Source: Thermoplasmata archaeon
GTDB taxonomy: Archaea > Thermoplasmatota > SW-10-69-26 > JACQPN01 > JAJPHT01
Direction: 5' to 3'
DNA: 64,000 bases
Assembly: GCA_034667685.1 (NCBI GenBank)
Contig: JAXDQU010000012.1
Span: 11,770 to 75,769, forward strand
Shown: positions 18,957-28,351 of the stretch, piece after piece
Layout: each line of letters begins with the position of its first letter
How positions within the stretch are numbered: the stretch's first letter is position 1
Program-made: the position numbers and the translations under genes
Notes under the pieces: model-generated
What the model saw: only the letters and a program-made list of their open reading frames with translations
Database searches by the model: none
What the model was told of the DNA's origin: nothing

Positions 18957-19886
18957 TCAGGCGACGTGCGCGCGGATCGCCTCGTCGGCCCACGCGCCGT
19001 AGGATCGGAAGCGGCGCGGGAAGAGGACCTCGACCTCGCGGACGCCGCCGATCTCCAGCGCGGCGCATTCCGCCTCCTCGGCGTCGGCGAGCGCGCCCAG
19101 GTGGACGAGCACCGCGAGCGCGGCGTGCCCTTCGAAGAGGTCGGCGGAGTCGGTCAGGACGAGCACGTCGGGCAGGCGCGCCCGCACCGCGCGGGCGACC
19201 TCGCGCGAGTCGGTCTTGGGGTCGAGGTAGAGGTTGAGGAGCGCGAGGCCCGCGCCGCGCCAGCGCCCGAAGTCCAGCTCGGGCACGAACCAGAGGGCGC
19301 GGCCCGCGACGAGCCGCTCGTAGCGGCGCGCGGCCGTCTTCGTCGAGACGCCCAGCTCGCGCGCGACGCCGCCCAGGCTCGCGCCCGGCGCGTGGCGGAG
19401 GGCCGCGAGGAGCCGCCAGTCGAGCGGCGAGGGCGCCATCGTCGGGGCGGGCGCGCGCACCGGCACGCACGGCAGCGTCTCCGCGACGCCGGGCAGGCGT
19501 TCGAGGAGCTTGAGGCGGCGCGCCAGCGACTCGGGGCCGTGGGCGAGGAACGTCGTCGTCATCCAGCCGCCGAGGTTGTCCTGCGCGGAGACGGTGCCCT
19601 CCAGGAGCGCGAGGTCTTCGAACGCCTGCGGCTTGTGGCGCGGGTCGGCCACGCGGAAGTTGCCAGCACCCAGCGACGCGCCCACGAGCGCCGGGTTGGG
19701 CAGCACGTCGTAGCGCGCGAGGAAGCCCGCGTCGTGCCACGCGGCGAGCCGCGCGCGCACCGTGCTTCCCGCGACGCCGACCTTGCGCGCGATGGCGTCG
19801 GTCGACACGCGCGGGTCGAGGCTGCCCCAGAAGAGGACGCGCTCGCGGAACATCTCGCGCAGGATGGCGAGGTCCACGGCGTCCAT
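18957..19886 (-). CDS. Lrp/AsnC-type regulator with two HTH modules
   Basis: MDAVDLAIL..IARKVGVAGSTVRARL and LDWRLLAAL..VARELGVSTKTAARR. Confidence 0.8.
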   Translation of the reverse strand: MDAVDLAILREMFRERVLFWGSLDPRVSTDAIARKVGVAGSTVRARLAAWHDAGFLARYDVLPNPALVGASLGAGNFRVADPRHKPQAFEDLALLEGTVSAQDNLGGWMTTTFLAHGPESLARRLKLLERLPGVAETLPCVPVRAPAPTMAPSPLDWRLLAALRHAPGASLGGVARELGVSTKTAARRYERLVAGRALWFVPELDFGRWRGAGLALLNLYLDPKTDSREVARAVRARLPDVLVLTDSADLFEGHAALAVLVHLGALADAEEAECAALEIGGVREVEVLFPRRFRSYGAWADEAIRAHVA

Positions 19887-20037
19887 GCCGGGCCGATCCG
19901 CGCCGCGCGCCAAGAAGGTGCGTGTCCGATCGCGTCGGCCGCGCGCGCGGAACCGGACACGCGGATGCGCCACGGGGGCGAAAACGCGCGCCGCGCCGGC
20001 GGAGGGGTGGTGAGGCCGCGCCGCGTCCGTCTCTTGC

Positions 20038-20844
20038 ATGCCCTACACGACCTCCGATGGCATCCGCATCGCGTACGACGACCTCGGCAGCGGAGAGACC
20101 GCGCTGCTGCTCATGCCGGGCTGGTGCGGCACGCGCGCCGCCTTCAACCGGGTGGCGCCCCTTCTCGCGCGCCCCCACCGCGTGCTGGCGATGGACTGGC
20201 GCGGGCACGGCGGCTCCGGCGCGGCCGCGGGCGACTTCGGCGAGAAGGAGCTCCTCGACGACGCGCTCGCGGTCGTGCGCGCGAGCGGCGCGAAGCGCGT
20301 CGTGCCCGTCGCGACGGCGCACGCGGGCTGGGTCGCGCTGGCGCTGCGCCAGGCCTTGGGCGCGCGCGTCCCGCAGATCGTGCTGCTCGACTGGATCGTG
20401 ACCGAGGCGCCTCCGCCGTTCCTCGCGGCGCTCGCCGCCATGCAGGACCCCGCGAAGGTGGAGGCGACGCTCGCGCAGGTGTTCGCCATGTGGCGCGACG
20501 GCACGCAGACGCCCGACGTCGAGGCGTTCCTCCAGGTCATGGCGTCGTTCGGCCCTGCGATGTGGGCGCGCGCGGGACGCGAGATCGCCGCCTCGTACGC
20601 GAAGGAGGGGAGCCCGCTCGCCGCGCTGGCGCGCCTGCGCGACGCGCCGCCCGTGCTGCACGCCTACGCACAGCCCAGGGACGCGGGCTTCCTCGCGCTC
20701 CAGGAGGCCTACGCGCGCGAGCACCCCTTCTACCGCGCGAAGGTGCTGCCCGGGCGCACGCACTTCCCGACGATCGAGACGCCCGAGGCGACGGCGGAGG
20801 CGATCGAGGCGTTCCTCGCGCGGCCGCTCACGGCTCCGCCATGA
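20038..20844 (+). CDS. Alpha/beta-hydrolase-fold protein, Hod/Qdo/AqdC-like cofactor-free dioxygenase
   Basis: LLMPGWC, WRGHG, AHAGW, LLDW, WARAGREI, GSP, EHP, THFP are collinear with Hod as I recall it. Confidence 0.7.
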   Translation: MPYTTSDGIRIAYDDLGSGETALLLMPGWCGTRAAFNRVAPLLARPHRVLAMDWRGHGGSGAAAGDFGEKELLDDALAVVRASGAKRVVPVATAHAGWVALALRQALGARVPQIVLLDWIVTEAPPPFLAALAAMQDPAKVEATLAQVFAMWRDGTQTPDVEAFLQVMASFGPAMWARAGREIAASYAKEGSPLAALARLRDAPPVLHAYAQPRDAGFLALQEAYAREHPFYRAKVLPGRTHFPTIETPEATAEAIEAFLARPLTAPP

Positions 20845-21442
20845 ACCGGCGGAACGCGTCGAGCGTCCGCGGCCGCATCGTGTGGTTCGTGCGCTTCTCG
20901 TCGCCCAAGGTGCTCGTGGGCGTCTTGCCGTAGTCGTGGCCCGGCAGCACGATCAGGCCGTCCGGGAGCGCGGGCAGGATCTGCGTGAGCGCGCGATGCA
21001 TGGCGTCCACGTCGGACCCGGGAAGGTCGACGCGGCCGCACTCGCCCACGAAGAGCGTGTCGCCCGTGAGCAGCCATTCGCCGGCGACCTCGTAGCACAT
21101 GCTATCAAAGCGGTGGCCGGGCGTGTGGAGGGCGCGGACGCGGGTCGGGCCGAAGGCGAGGATCTGCCCGTCGCGCAGCTTCACGTCCACGGGATGGTCG
21201 GCGGACTCGTGGGCGACGACGCGCGCGTTCGTCAGCGCCTTCACCCGGGGAATGCCCTTGACGTGGTCCGGGTGGCCGTGCGTCGCCCAGACCTCGGTGA
21301 CGCGCAGGCCGCGCGCCTTCGCCTCCTCCACGAGCCGGTCGGGCTCGAAGCCCGGATCGACCAGCGCGGCCTCGCCGTTCCCCGGATCGACCAGGTAGGC
21401 GAAGTTCTGCATCGGGCCGACGCGGAGCTGGTGGATTTGCAT
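20828..21442 (-). CDS. Metallo-beta-lactamase fold hydrolase (glyoxalase II-like)
   Basis: THGHPDH, HTPGH, TGDTLF, PGHDYG. Confidence 0.9.
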   Translation of the reverse strand: MQIHQLRVGPMQNFAYLVDPGNGEAALVDPGFEPDRLVEEAKARGLRVTEVWATHGHPDHVKGIPRVKALTNARVVAHESADHPVDVKLRDGQILAFGPTRVRALHTPGHRFDSMCYEVAGEWLLTGDTLFVGECGRVDLPGSDVDAMHRALTQILPALPDGLIVLPGHDYGKTPTSTLGDEKRTNHTMRPRTLDAFRRFMAEP

Positions 21443-21502
21443 GCGGGCCTCAGCCTCAGCCTGAGCCTTAGCCCTAAGCCTCCGGCCACGCTGCGCGGCC
21501 TG

Positions 21503-22305
21503 CTCCCGTGGCGCCCGGGGGACCCGAGGATGGTGAATCGGGGCGGCGCATGCGGTTCCAATTCGCACGCTGAGCGTCGGGCTGAACGCGCGGATTGTGC
21601 CACGAGGCCGCCACAAGATGAGCGTCATGCGAATCCGACGCGACACCCCCTCCCCTTGGGTTCGGATCCACGTGCCGCTGGCCTGGCGCATCGGATCCGG
21701 CCCGAGAACTGCTGCTCCTTGGCGCTTTCAAGCCGCTTCCGGTGGAGAGAGAATAACTTCCGATGGGATTCAAGCCGTGCAGCGCCATGCTGTGAGCGGA
21801 TGCGCATGAGCCGACCGACGCTGATCGCCGGTACGTCGCCCCGGTGGATGATCAGGCTCTGGGATGAGTTGGGTCGCGGCGACCGCAGCGTTGGGATGAG
21901 AGAGGTGATCGATCGGTCCATGCAGGCCCCCATGGCCTCGCACAGTTCTGGCCCCCTATCGGTTTCCTGGCAGTCGGGGACCGAAGAATGGATCCAGGTC
22001 CTCCCTGCATCCTTCACTCGCAAGATTCCAGTCTGCAACGACTCGCGCGAGCGCATGACGCTCGCCACGGCGCTTGCGCTGGATTCGTTGCCGCAGCGCC
22101 TCGTCGAGGCAGCGAAGAAAGGACGTCCTTGGAAGCGAAGGTTCCCAGCCGTGGCGTCCCGGTCGCAAACCTACCAATTGCGCTTCCCCGAACTTGAGAT
22201 CCGCGTCATCGCGGGCCGATAAGCGGGTCGGACCCAAGGATCCACGCCGCCGCTCCGACCATGTGCCCGCCTCGGGTCCCCCGGGTCCCTCGGGCGCCAC
22301 GGGAG
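21503..22305. mobile_element. Putative cassette: inverted 9-nt-unit repeats enclosing atypical DNA
   Basis: Left arm 21503-21529 is the reverse complement of right arm 22270-22305 except for one extra 9-nt unit; interior is lower in GC. Confidence 0.6.
21530..22222 (+). CDS. Orphan ORF (230 aa) inside the inverted repeats; true start uncertain (alternative 21806)
   Basis: ATG directly follows the left arm and the frame is open to 22222; no recognisable motif, atypical codons. Confidence 0.35.
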   Translation: MVNRGGACGSNSHAERRAERADCATRPPQDERHANPTRHPLPLGSDPRAAGLAHRIRPENCCSLALSSRFRWRENNFRWDSSRAAPCCERMRMSRPTLIAGTSPRWMIRLWDELGRGDRSVGMREVIDRSMQAPMASHSSGPLSVSWQSGTEEWIQVLPASFTRKIPVCNDSRERMTLATALALDSLPQRLVEAAKKGRPWKRRFPAVASRSQTYQLRFPELEIRVIAGR

Positions 22306-22428
22306 TGGCCCGCCGCAGGCGTCCTCCGAAACACCCAAACGCGATCATCGGGTTCGACGTCTCAGCGCCTGGAGGAGGATTGGCTCCCGCCACGGATGCG
22401 GGGTAGATGCCGGCGCGGTCGTGCAGTC

Positions 22429-23640
22429 ATGGCTGTCGAACTCGGCCTCGTCCTCCTCAAGCTCCTCGTGCTTCTCGTCGCGGCCAAGCTCGCGGGCGAA
22501 GCGGCCGAGCGTCTGCGCCAGCCCGCCGTGCTCGGGGAATTGCTCGCGGGCGTGCTCCTGGGCCCCACGGTGCTGCGCGCGGCCTACTTCACGGGGGACG
22601 CGCCGGGGGCCGACATCATCGCCTTCGTCGCGGAGCTGGGCGTGATCCTGCTCCTCTTCGAGGTGGGGCTCCAGACGAAGCTCCGCGACATGCTGAAGGT
22701 GGGCGCCTCCAGCGTGCTCGTCGCGCTCGTGGGGATCGTGGGCAGCTTCGCGGCGGGCTTTGGCGTCTCGTGGGCGATGGGCGCGCTGCACGTCTGGAGC
22801 GACGCGCTTCTCTTCCACGTCTTCGTGGGCGCGACGTTCACCGCGACGAGCGTGGGCATCACGGCGCGCGTGCTGGGCGACATGGGGCGGCTCGACACCG
22901 CCGAGGCGCGCATCATCCTGGGCGCCGCGGTCCTCGACGACGTCGGAGGCTTGCTCGTCCTCGCGTTCGTCACCGCGCTGGCGGCGGGCGCCGTCTCGCT
23001 CGTCGGGCTCGGCCTCACCGTCGCGCTCGCGCTGGGCTTCCTCGCCGTCGCGGTCAGCCTGGGCCTCTGGATCATGCCGCCCGTCATGGGCTGGCTCGCC
23101 GACCGGCGCGTGCGCGGCGCGGTCCTCACCGGCGCCGTCGCGTTCTGCCTCCTCCTGGCGTGGGGCGCGCAGGCCGCGAGCCTCGCCCCGATCGTGGGCG
23201 CCTTCGCCGCGGGCCTTGTCCTCGCCACGACGCGCCAGCAGGGCGCCCTCGCCGAGCGCGCGCGCCACGTCGCCGACGTCTTCGTCCCCTTCTTCTTCGT
23301 CTACGTCGGCCTCCAGGTCGACCTGCGCGGCGCCGGGGGCGACGTCGGGCGCATCGCGCTGGCCGTCGTCGTGCTGCTCGTCGCCGCCATCGTCGGCAAG
23401 CTCGTGTGCGCGTGGGCCGTCCCGCGCGGGCTCAACCGTTACGCCGTGGGCGTGGGCATGGTGCCGCGCGGCGAGGTCGGGCTCATCTTCGCGCTCGTGG
23501 GCGTGACGACCTTCGTGGGTGGCGCGCCGCTGATGGAGCCCTGGCAATACACCGCAATCCTGCTCGTGGTGGCGCTCTCGACCTTCATCACGCCATTGTG
23601 GCTGAAGCGGGCGTTGCGGCGCGGCGCGCCCACCGGGTAG
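22429..23640 (+). CDS. Cation:proton antiporter (CPA2/NapA-like)
   Basis: LRQPAVLGELLAG, ATSVGITARVL, GAAVLDD, GMVPRGEVGLI; about 12 TM helices. Confidence 0.95.
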   Translation: MAVELGLVLLKLLVLLVAAKLAGEAAERLRQPAVLGELLAGVLLGPTVLRAAYFTGDAPGADIIAFVAELGVILLLFEVGLQTKLRDMLKVGASSVLVALVGIVGSFAAGFGVSWAMGALHVWSDALLFHVFVGATFTATSVGITARVLGDMGRLDTAEARIILGAAVLDDVGGLLVLAFVTALAAGAVSLVGLGLTVALALGFLAVAVSLGLWIMPPVMGWLADRRVRGAVLTGAVAFCLLLAWGAQAASLAPIVGAFAAGLVLATTRQQGALAERARHVADVFVPFFFVYVGLQVDLRGAGGDVGRIALAVVVLLVAAIVGKLVCAWAVPRGLNRYAVGVGMVPRGEVGLIFALVGVTTFVGGAPLMEPWQYTAILLVVALSTFITPLWLKRALRRGAPTG

Positions 23641-23645
23641 CGTGC

Positions 23646-23936
23646 TCACCCGAAGATCGAGCCCAATCCGCTCGCGGCGGCCTCGTCCTCGGCCACGAGC
23701 ATGTCGTGCAGCTTGTCGGCGTCGGGCGCGCGCTCGGCGAAGCCCAGGAGCACGGCGTCCGCGCGCGTGATGCCGGCCTCGCCGCCGTCCACGAAGAGGT
23801 AGACCCAGTCGCCGGGGATGCCGAAGTGGCGCGCGTCGCGGATCTGGAGGCTCTGGCGCGAGAGGATGTCGTCGCCGAGGGCCTCTTCGAGCTGCGCGCG
23901 CTGGCTGCTCTTCACGCGGTAGACCTGCCACGCCAT
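23646..23936 (-). CDS. Small hypothetical protein, likely conserved in archaea
   Basis: Host-like codons; DDILSRQS..RDA and C-terminal GLGSIFG resemble an archaeal family I recall. Confidence 0.7.
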   Translation of the reverse strand: MAWQVYRVKSSQRAQLEEALGDDILSRQSLQIRDARHFGIPGDWVYLFVDGGEAGITRADAVLLGFAERAPDADKLHDMLVAEDEAAASGLGSIFG

Positions 23937-23989
23937 GAGGATCAGGACGCGCCGGGCGCGGCTTGAGGCTTCGCCAGCGGGATCGTGAG

Positions 23990-24150
23990 CCAGAAGCGCG
24001 GCCTGCACGAGCCGCTCGTGGGTCTCGCGCAGCGCGTCCCGTGCCGTGCGGAGCGCGGTGAGATCACGGAAGGACCAGACGCGGGCGCGCGTGCCCTCGG
24101 TCGTGCGGATGGGCGCCCTGTGGCGATCGAGCACGCGCCCGTCGTTGAGC
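23990..24150 (-). pseudogene. Remnant of PAS/PAC C-terminal half plus linker
   Basis: LNDGRVLDRHRAPIR..RVWSFRDLT..ARDALRETHERL. Confidence 0.45.
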
Positions 24151-24314
24151 GACCTCCTCGCGGCCCTCCTCGTTGGGCGCGCGTGGAGCTGGGCCATGCG
24201 GCGGCGGGGCCCGGGACCAGGATTCGGGCGCCGGACGGGGGCCTCCGCCCGTTCCGGAAGACGGGCCTCGTTTTGCCAAAGCTCATCATCCCCGCGCGGC
24301 CCATCCGCCCCTCG

Positions 24315-24697
24315 TGTCCGTCGCGGCTTGGGTCGAGTTCGTGAACCACGAGGCCGAGAACCTGGCCGGGCTTGGCAACCTTCCGCGCGCCGCGCTGCGC
24401 GGCCACATGCGCGACCGCCTCGCCGAGGCTTTTCCCTCCCCCTTCGTGTTGGAGGCGCGCTGCCTCGTCGTGGGCGAGCGCGAGCCGCACCTCCTGGAAT
24501 TGGTCCCCGAGGGCATCACGCGCGAGGCCGCGGCGCTGACCGGGCCTCTCCTGGCGTCCACGGGGCGCGAGCTGCACCCGGGCTCCGTCGTGCGCGTACG
24601 CTTCGCCATGGAAGACCCGCGCCGCCGCGACCCCGAGGTGCCGGGCCTGGCGGGCGCGCTCCTCGACTTCGTCGTGGACGTTCCCGTCGAGGCGTGA
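24315..24697 (+). CDS. Hypothetical protein
   Basis: Host-like codon usage from VSVAAWVEFV to the stop; start inferred. Confidence 0.55.
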
Positions 24698-24729
24698 GGG
24701 CCCCCGCGGCGCGTCCCCGACCCGCCCTT

Positions 24730-24820
24730 GTCTTCGTGGCGCCCCTTTCTCAACACCGAGAATCCCGAAATCCGCGGATGCCTCGGATGCGCGGTGTCAG
24801 GAAGGGAGCGCCACGAAGAC
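24730..24820. repeat. MITE/REP-like palindromic element, copy 1
   Basis: 13-bp perfect terminal IR gtcttcgtggcgc/gcgccacgaagac; 45-bp core 24753-24797 matches 47658-47702 (reverse strand) at 44/45. Confidence 0.9.
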
Positions 24821-24838
24821 GAACATGGGTCAGGAACG

Positions 24839-26275
24839 CTACTCCGGCAGCCCGTCGTGCCGCGCCACGGTGCGCAGCCTCGCCTCGTGCCGCTTCTTGG
24901 CGATCCACCACGCCAGCCGCGCGAAGATGCCTTCGCCCCGCGAGAGCACGGTCTGCGCGGTGGGGTGGCGGTGCAGCAGCTCGTGGCGCCGGCCGTGGTG
25001 GCGGCGGCGCGGCGCGTAGAGCTGGAAGAGCGGGAAGCCCAGGAGCGCGAGGGGCGCGCCCACGAGGATCGCGCGCCAGCCGCAGGCGGCGACGAGGAGG
25101 AGCGCGGCCGCGGCGCCGAGGATCGGCAGGAGCGGCGTGCGGATCGGGCGGAACGGGTCCTTGCGCGCGAGGACCCACGCCGCGCCCGCGGTCGCGAGGA
25201 AGGAGAGCGCCACGAAGAAGACGGTGGCGCCGATGAGGAGCGTGAGGCCGCCGGCGAGCGTGGCGAGGAGCGAGAGGCCGCTGATGGCGAGGAGCGCGCG
25301 CAGCGGGACGCCGGAGCGCGTGAGCTTGCCGAGCGCGGGCGGGAGGTAGCCGTCGGCCGCGAGGGCGTGCGTGAGGCGCGAGGCGCCCAGGAGGTTCGCC
25401 TGGTCCGCGCCCAGGATCGAGACGAGCGCGCCCAACCCGAGGAAGGCGCCGGCCACTGGACCGGCCACGCGCGCGGCGGCCACGACGAGGGGCGCGCTGG
25501 TCGCGGCGATGTCGCCCTGCGGCAGGATGGCGAGGAGCGCGCCGTTCACGAGAAGGTAGGCGAGAAGGCTGAACGCGAGGCCCACGGCGATGGCGATCGG
25601 GATGCTGCGGCGCGGGTTGCGCACCTCGGCCGCGGGGAGCGTGGCGACCTCGAAGCCGGTGTAGGCCCAGAAGATGACCATGAACGCCGTCGCGAAGGCG
25701 AGCGGGCCGCCCGTGGCGAGCGGCTGGAGGTGAGAGGCGGACCCGGCGGGGGCGTGCCACGCGGCGGCGATGCCCAGCGCGACGAGGAGCGCGAGGGGCG
25801 CGAGCTTCAGGAACGAGAGCGCGGCGCCCAGGCGCGAGGCGGTCTTGGCGGGGACGAGGTTCGTCACGAGGACGAGGAGGACGAAGGCGCCCTTCACGAG
25901 GTCGTCCTGCCACCACGTCATGAAGGGGAGGAAGCCGTGGAGGTACTGCACGAACGCGGCGGGGAAGACGGCGGCGCCCAGGAGCTGCGCGAGCAGGATG
26001 CACCAGCCCACGAGGAAGCCGGCGCGCTCGCCGAACGCATCGCGGGCGTAGGCGTACGCACCCCCCTCGCTGGGCGCCATCTGGGCGCACGCGCTGAAGT
26101 TGAGGGCGATGACGAACGCCACGACGCCGGCCAGCAGCCAGAGCGCCAGCGAGGCCGCGCCCACGAGCGGCGTGGTCAGGCTCGCCGCGACGTAGATGTC
26201 CGCGCCCACCACCGCGCCCACGACGAGGGCGGTCAGGTCGAAGGCGGAGAGCGTGCGGGCGCGAAGCTCGGGCAT
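24839..26275 (-). CDS. APC-family amino acid permease
   Basis: GAVVGADIY, EGGAYAYAR.AFG, FWAYTGFE, EVRNPRRSIP. Confidence 0.92.
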   Translation of the reverse strand: MPELRARTLSAFDLTALVVGAVVGADIYVAASLTTPLVGAASLALWLLAGVVAFVIALNFSACAQMAPSEGGAYAYARDAFGERAGFLVGWCILLAQLLGAAVFPAAFVQYLHGFLPFMTWWQDDLVKGAFVLLVLVTNLVPAKTASRLGAALSFLKLAPLALLVALGIAAAWHAPAGSASHLQPLATGGPLAFATAFMVIFWAYTGFEVATLPAAEVRNPRRSIPIAIAVGLAFSLLAYLLVNGALLAILPQGDIAATSAPLVVAAARVAGPVAGAFLGLGALVSILGADQANLLGASRLTHALAADGYLPPALGKLTRSGVPLRALLAISGLSLLATLAGGLTLLIGATVFFVALSFLATAGAAWVLARKDPFRPIRTPLLPILGAAAALLLVAACGWRAILVGAPLALLGFPLFQLYAPRRRHHGRRHELLHRHPTAQTVLSRGEGIFARLAWWIAKKRHEARLRTVARHDGLPE

Positions 26276-26327
26276 CCCGACTGCCGCAGGGGTCGCGGGC
26301 GATATATGAACTGCACGGATCGTGATT

Positions 26328-26519
26328 CTACGGGGGCAGGCCGCCATCGGGCGTGCAGACGTAGGCGCGCCCGGCCCAGTCGTTCCCGACGACCTGGCCG
26401 TTGGGACAGCAGGACGGGTACGACAGGGCGTCGCACTTGTAGTCCAGGATGGCCTGCGCCTCGCCCACGAAGGCCGTGGCGAAGATCAGGAGCGCGGCGA
26501 CGAAGGCAAGACGCGACAT
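26328..26519 (-). CDS. Small secreted Cys-containing peptide (63 aa)
   Basis: Signal peptide ending AQA; 40-aa mature part with 4 Cys; host-like codons. Confidence 0.65.
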   Translation of the reverse strand: MSRLAFVAALLIFATAFVGEAQAILDYKCDALSYPSCCPNGQVVGNDWAGRAYVCTPDGGLPP

Positions 26520-26572
26520 GCGCCCCCGGCATGCGCGGCGCGGAGCAAATCGACATGGGTCGCCGCGTAGCC

Positions 26573-26722
26573 ATGGAAAGGCATACGCGGGGCGCGCGCG
26601 TGCGGCCCCACGTGGGCGGCGGGCCTCGCTTCTGCGACCTCTGCGGCGCGCCCTTCCTCGACCTCCACTGCAAGCTCACGTGCACGCGGTGCGGGTACCG
26701 GCGCGACTGCTCCGACCCGTAG
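26573..26722 (+). CDS. Small zinc-finger microprotein (HVO_2523-like)
   Basis: CDLCG...HCKLTCTRCGYRRDCSDP. Confidence 0.75.
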   Translation: MERHTRGARVRPHVGGGPRFCDLCGAPFLDLHCKLTCTRCGYRRDCSDP

Positions 26723-26974
26723 GCGCGGGTCAGGTGACTAGACACGTTGGCGCCGCGCGATCCGCTCGTGTATAGTCACCTGACCCTCGACGCGCGCCAC
26801 CCGTCCCACCCGAAAGCGCCCCCACGGGGGTACCTTCGGGGTCCCCTCTGATAACGACTAAGCTTGGGAGCGCGCTGGGACGGCCAACCAGGCCCCCTTG
26901 GCGAGCACCCCGGGCCTCTGCATGCGCATCCGCGCCAGAGCCCCTGCTTGTCGACCGCCTGGCGAGGAAGAACC

Positions 26975-28351
26975 ATGCAACAGACCGAGAACCTCGCGCC
27001 CCATGTCCAGGAGATTGCCCGGGCGCTTCAGAACCGCATGGAGCCGGACGCCATCGAGGACGAGCTTCGCCGCTACCTCGACTACGGTGTGCCGCTGGCC
27101 CAGGCCAAGAAGGACATCGTGCGCATGCACGGCGGCACGCTCGTCGCCGGCGCCAAGAAGCTCGCGGAAGTCCAGCCCGAGGAGAAGGGGCTGGAGTTCA
27201 CCGCGCGCGTGCTCACGGTGAACCCCAAGGAGATCACCGTCAAGGGGCAGCAGAAACAGATCTTCTACGGCTACCTCGCGGACGCGACCGCCAAGGTCCC
27301 GTACACGGCGTGGAAGCCCTTCGAGACGATGCAGAAGGGCGCGACCGTCCACGTGGAGAACGCGTATGCCAAGAAGGGCTTCCGCGACCCGGTCGAGATC
27401 AGCCTGGGCGACTACACGACCGTCGCCGTCTCGAACGAGCAGATCGCCGTGAAGGACGACTTCGTGCCCAGCGCCGCGCAGGCCGAGGGCGGCCGCATCA
27501 GCGGCGCGGAGCGCAAGCTCGCCGACCTCGTCGACGGCCTCACGAGCGTCACGCTCACCGCGCGCGTGCTCTCGCTGCGCGAGAAGACCATCAGCACGGC
27601 CAACGGCCAGAAGACGCTCGTCGAGGGCGAGCTGGCCGACGAGACGGGCCGCGCGCCGTTCAGCGCGTGGGAGCCCGAGCGCGTCAAGGACGTGAAGGAG
27701 GGCAGCGTCGTGCGCGTGCGCGGCGCCTACGTGCGCGCGTTCCGCGGCATCCCGCAGGTCAACTTCGGCCAGTACGCCACGCTGGAGGTCCTGCCCGACC
27801 GCACGCTCCCCAACCTCGCCGAGCTGGAGCGCCCGGCCGCGATGGACCTGGGCAAGCTCGAGGCCCGCGGCGGCGCCACCGGCGTCGCGGTCGAGGGCAT
27901 CGTGCTGGAGGTCAAGAAGGGCAGCGGTCTCATCTTCCGCTGCGCGCAGGAGGGGTGCAACCGCGTGCTCCAGAACCGCCAGTGCGCGATCCACCCGCAG
28001 AAGCAGGAGGGCATCCCCGACCTGCGCATCAAGGCCGTCCTGGACGACGGGCGCGGCGCGGCGACGTTCTTCGCCAACCGCGAGGCCACCGAGAAGCTCC
28101 TGGGCAAGACGCTCGCCCAGTGCCAGCAGCAGGCGCGCGACGCGATGACGATGGACGTCGTCCACGAGGACCTCGACCGGCTGCTCACCGCGCACCGCGT
28201 GGTCGTCACGGGCCGCGCCACCTCGGGCGAGTACGGCCTCCAGATCCTCGCCGACGCCGTGGACTTCGCCCCCGCGCCCGACGCGGAAGCGGAGGCCGAG
28301 AAGCTCCTTGGCGCCGTGGCCGAGATCCTCCAGGGGGTGGCGCCCCAATGA
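26975..28351 (+). CDS. rpa: Replication protein A (multi-OB-fold, Zn finger)
   Basis: Repeated OB folds (G.LADATAKVPYTAW, GELADETGRAPFSAW), GSGLIFRC..C.RVL..C.IH, DLRIKAVLDDG. Confidence 0.92.
   Translation: MQQTENLAPHVQEIARALQNRMEPDAIEDELRRYLDYGVPLAQAKKDIVRMHGGTLVAGAKKLAEVQPEEKGLEFTARVLTVNPKEITVKGQQKQIFYGYLADATAKVPYTAWKPFETMQKGATVHVENAYAKKGFRDPVEISLGDYTTVAVSNEQIAVKDDFVPSAAQAEGGRISGAERKLADLVDGLTSVTLTARVLSLREKTISTANGQKTLVEGELADETGRAPFSAWEPERVKDVKEGSVVRVRGAYVRAFRGIPQVNFGQYATLEVLPDRTLPNLAELERPAAMDLGKLEARGGATGVAVEGIVLEVKKGSGLIFRCAQEGCNRVLQNRQCAIHPQKQEGIPDLRIKAVLDDGRGAATFFANREATEKLLGKTLAQCQQQARDAMTMDVVHEDLDRLLTAHRVVVTGRATSGEYGLQILADAVDFAPAPDAEAEAEKLLGAVAEILQGVAPQ

Noticed and set aside
26790-26974. 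RNase P/SRP RNA or riboswitch upstream of rpa (also checked 62910-63130)
   Set aside because: Only isolated hairpins; the conserved GAGGAAAGUCC and SRP helix-8 motifs were not found
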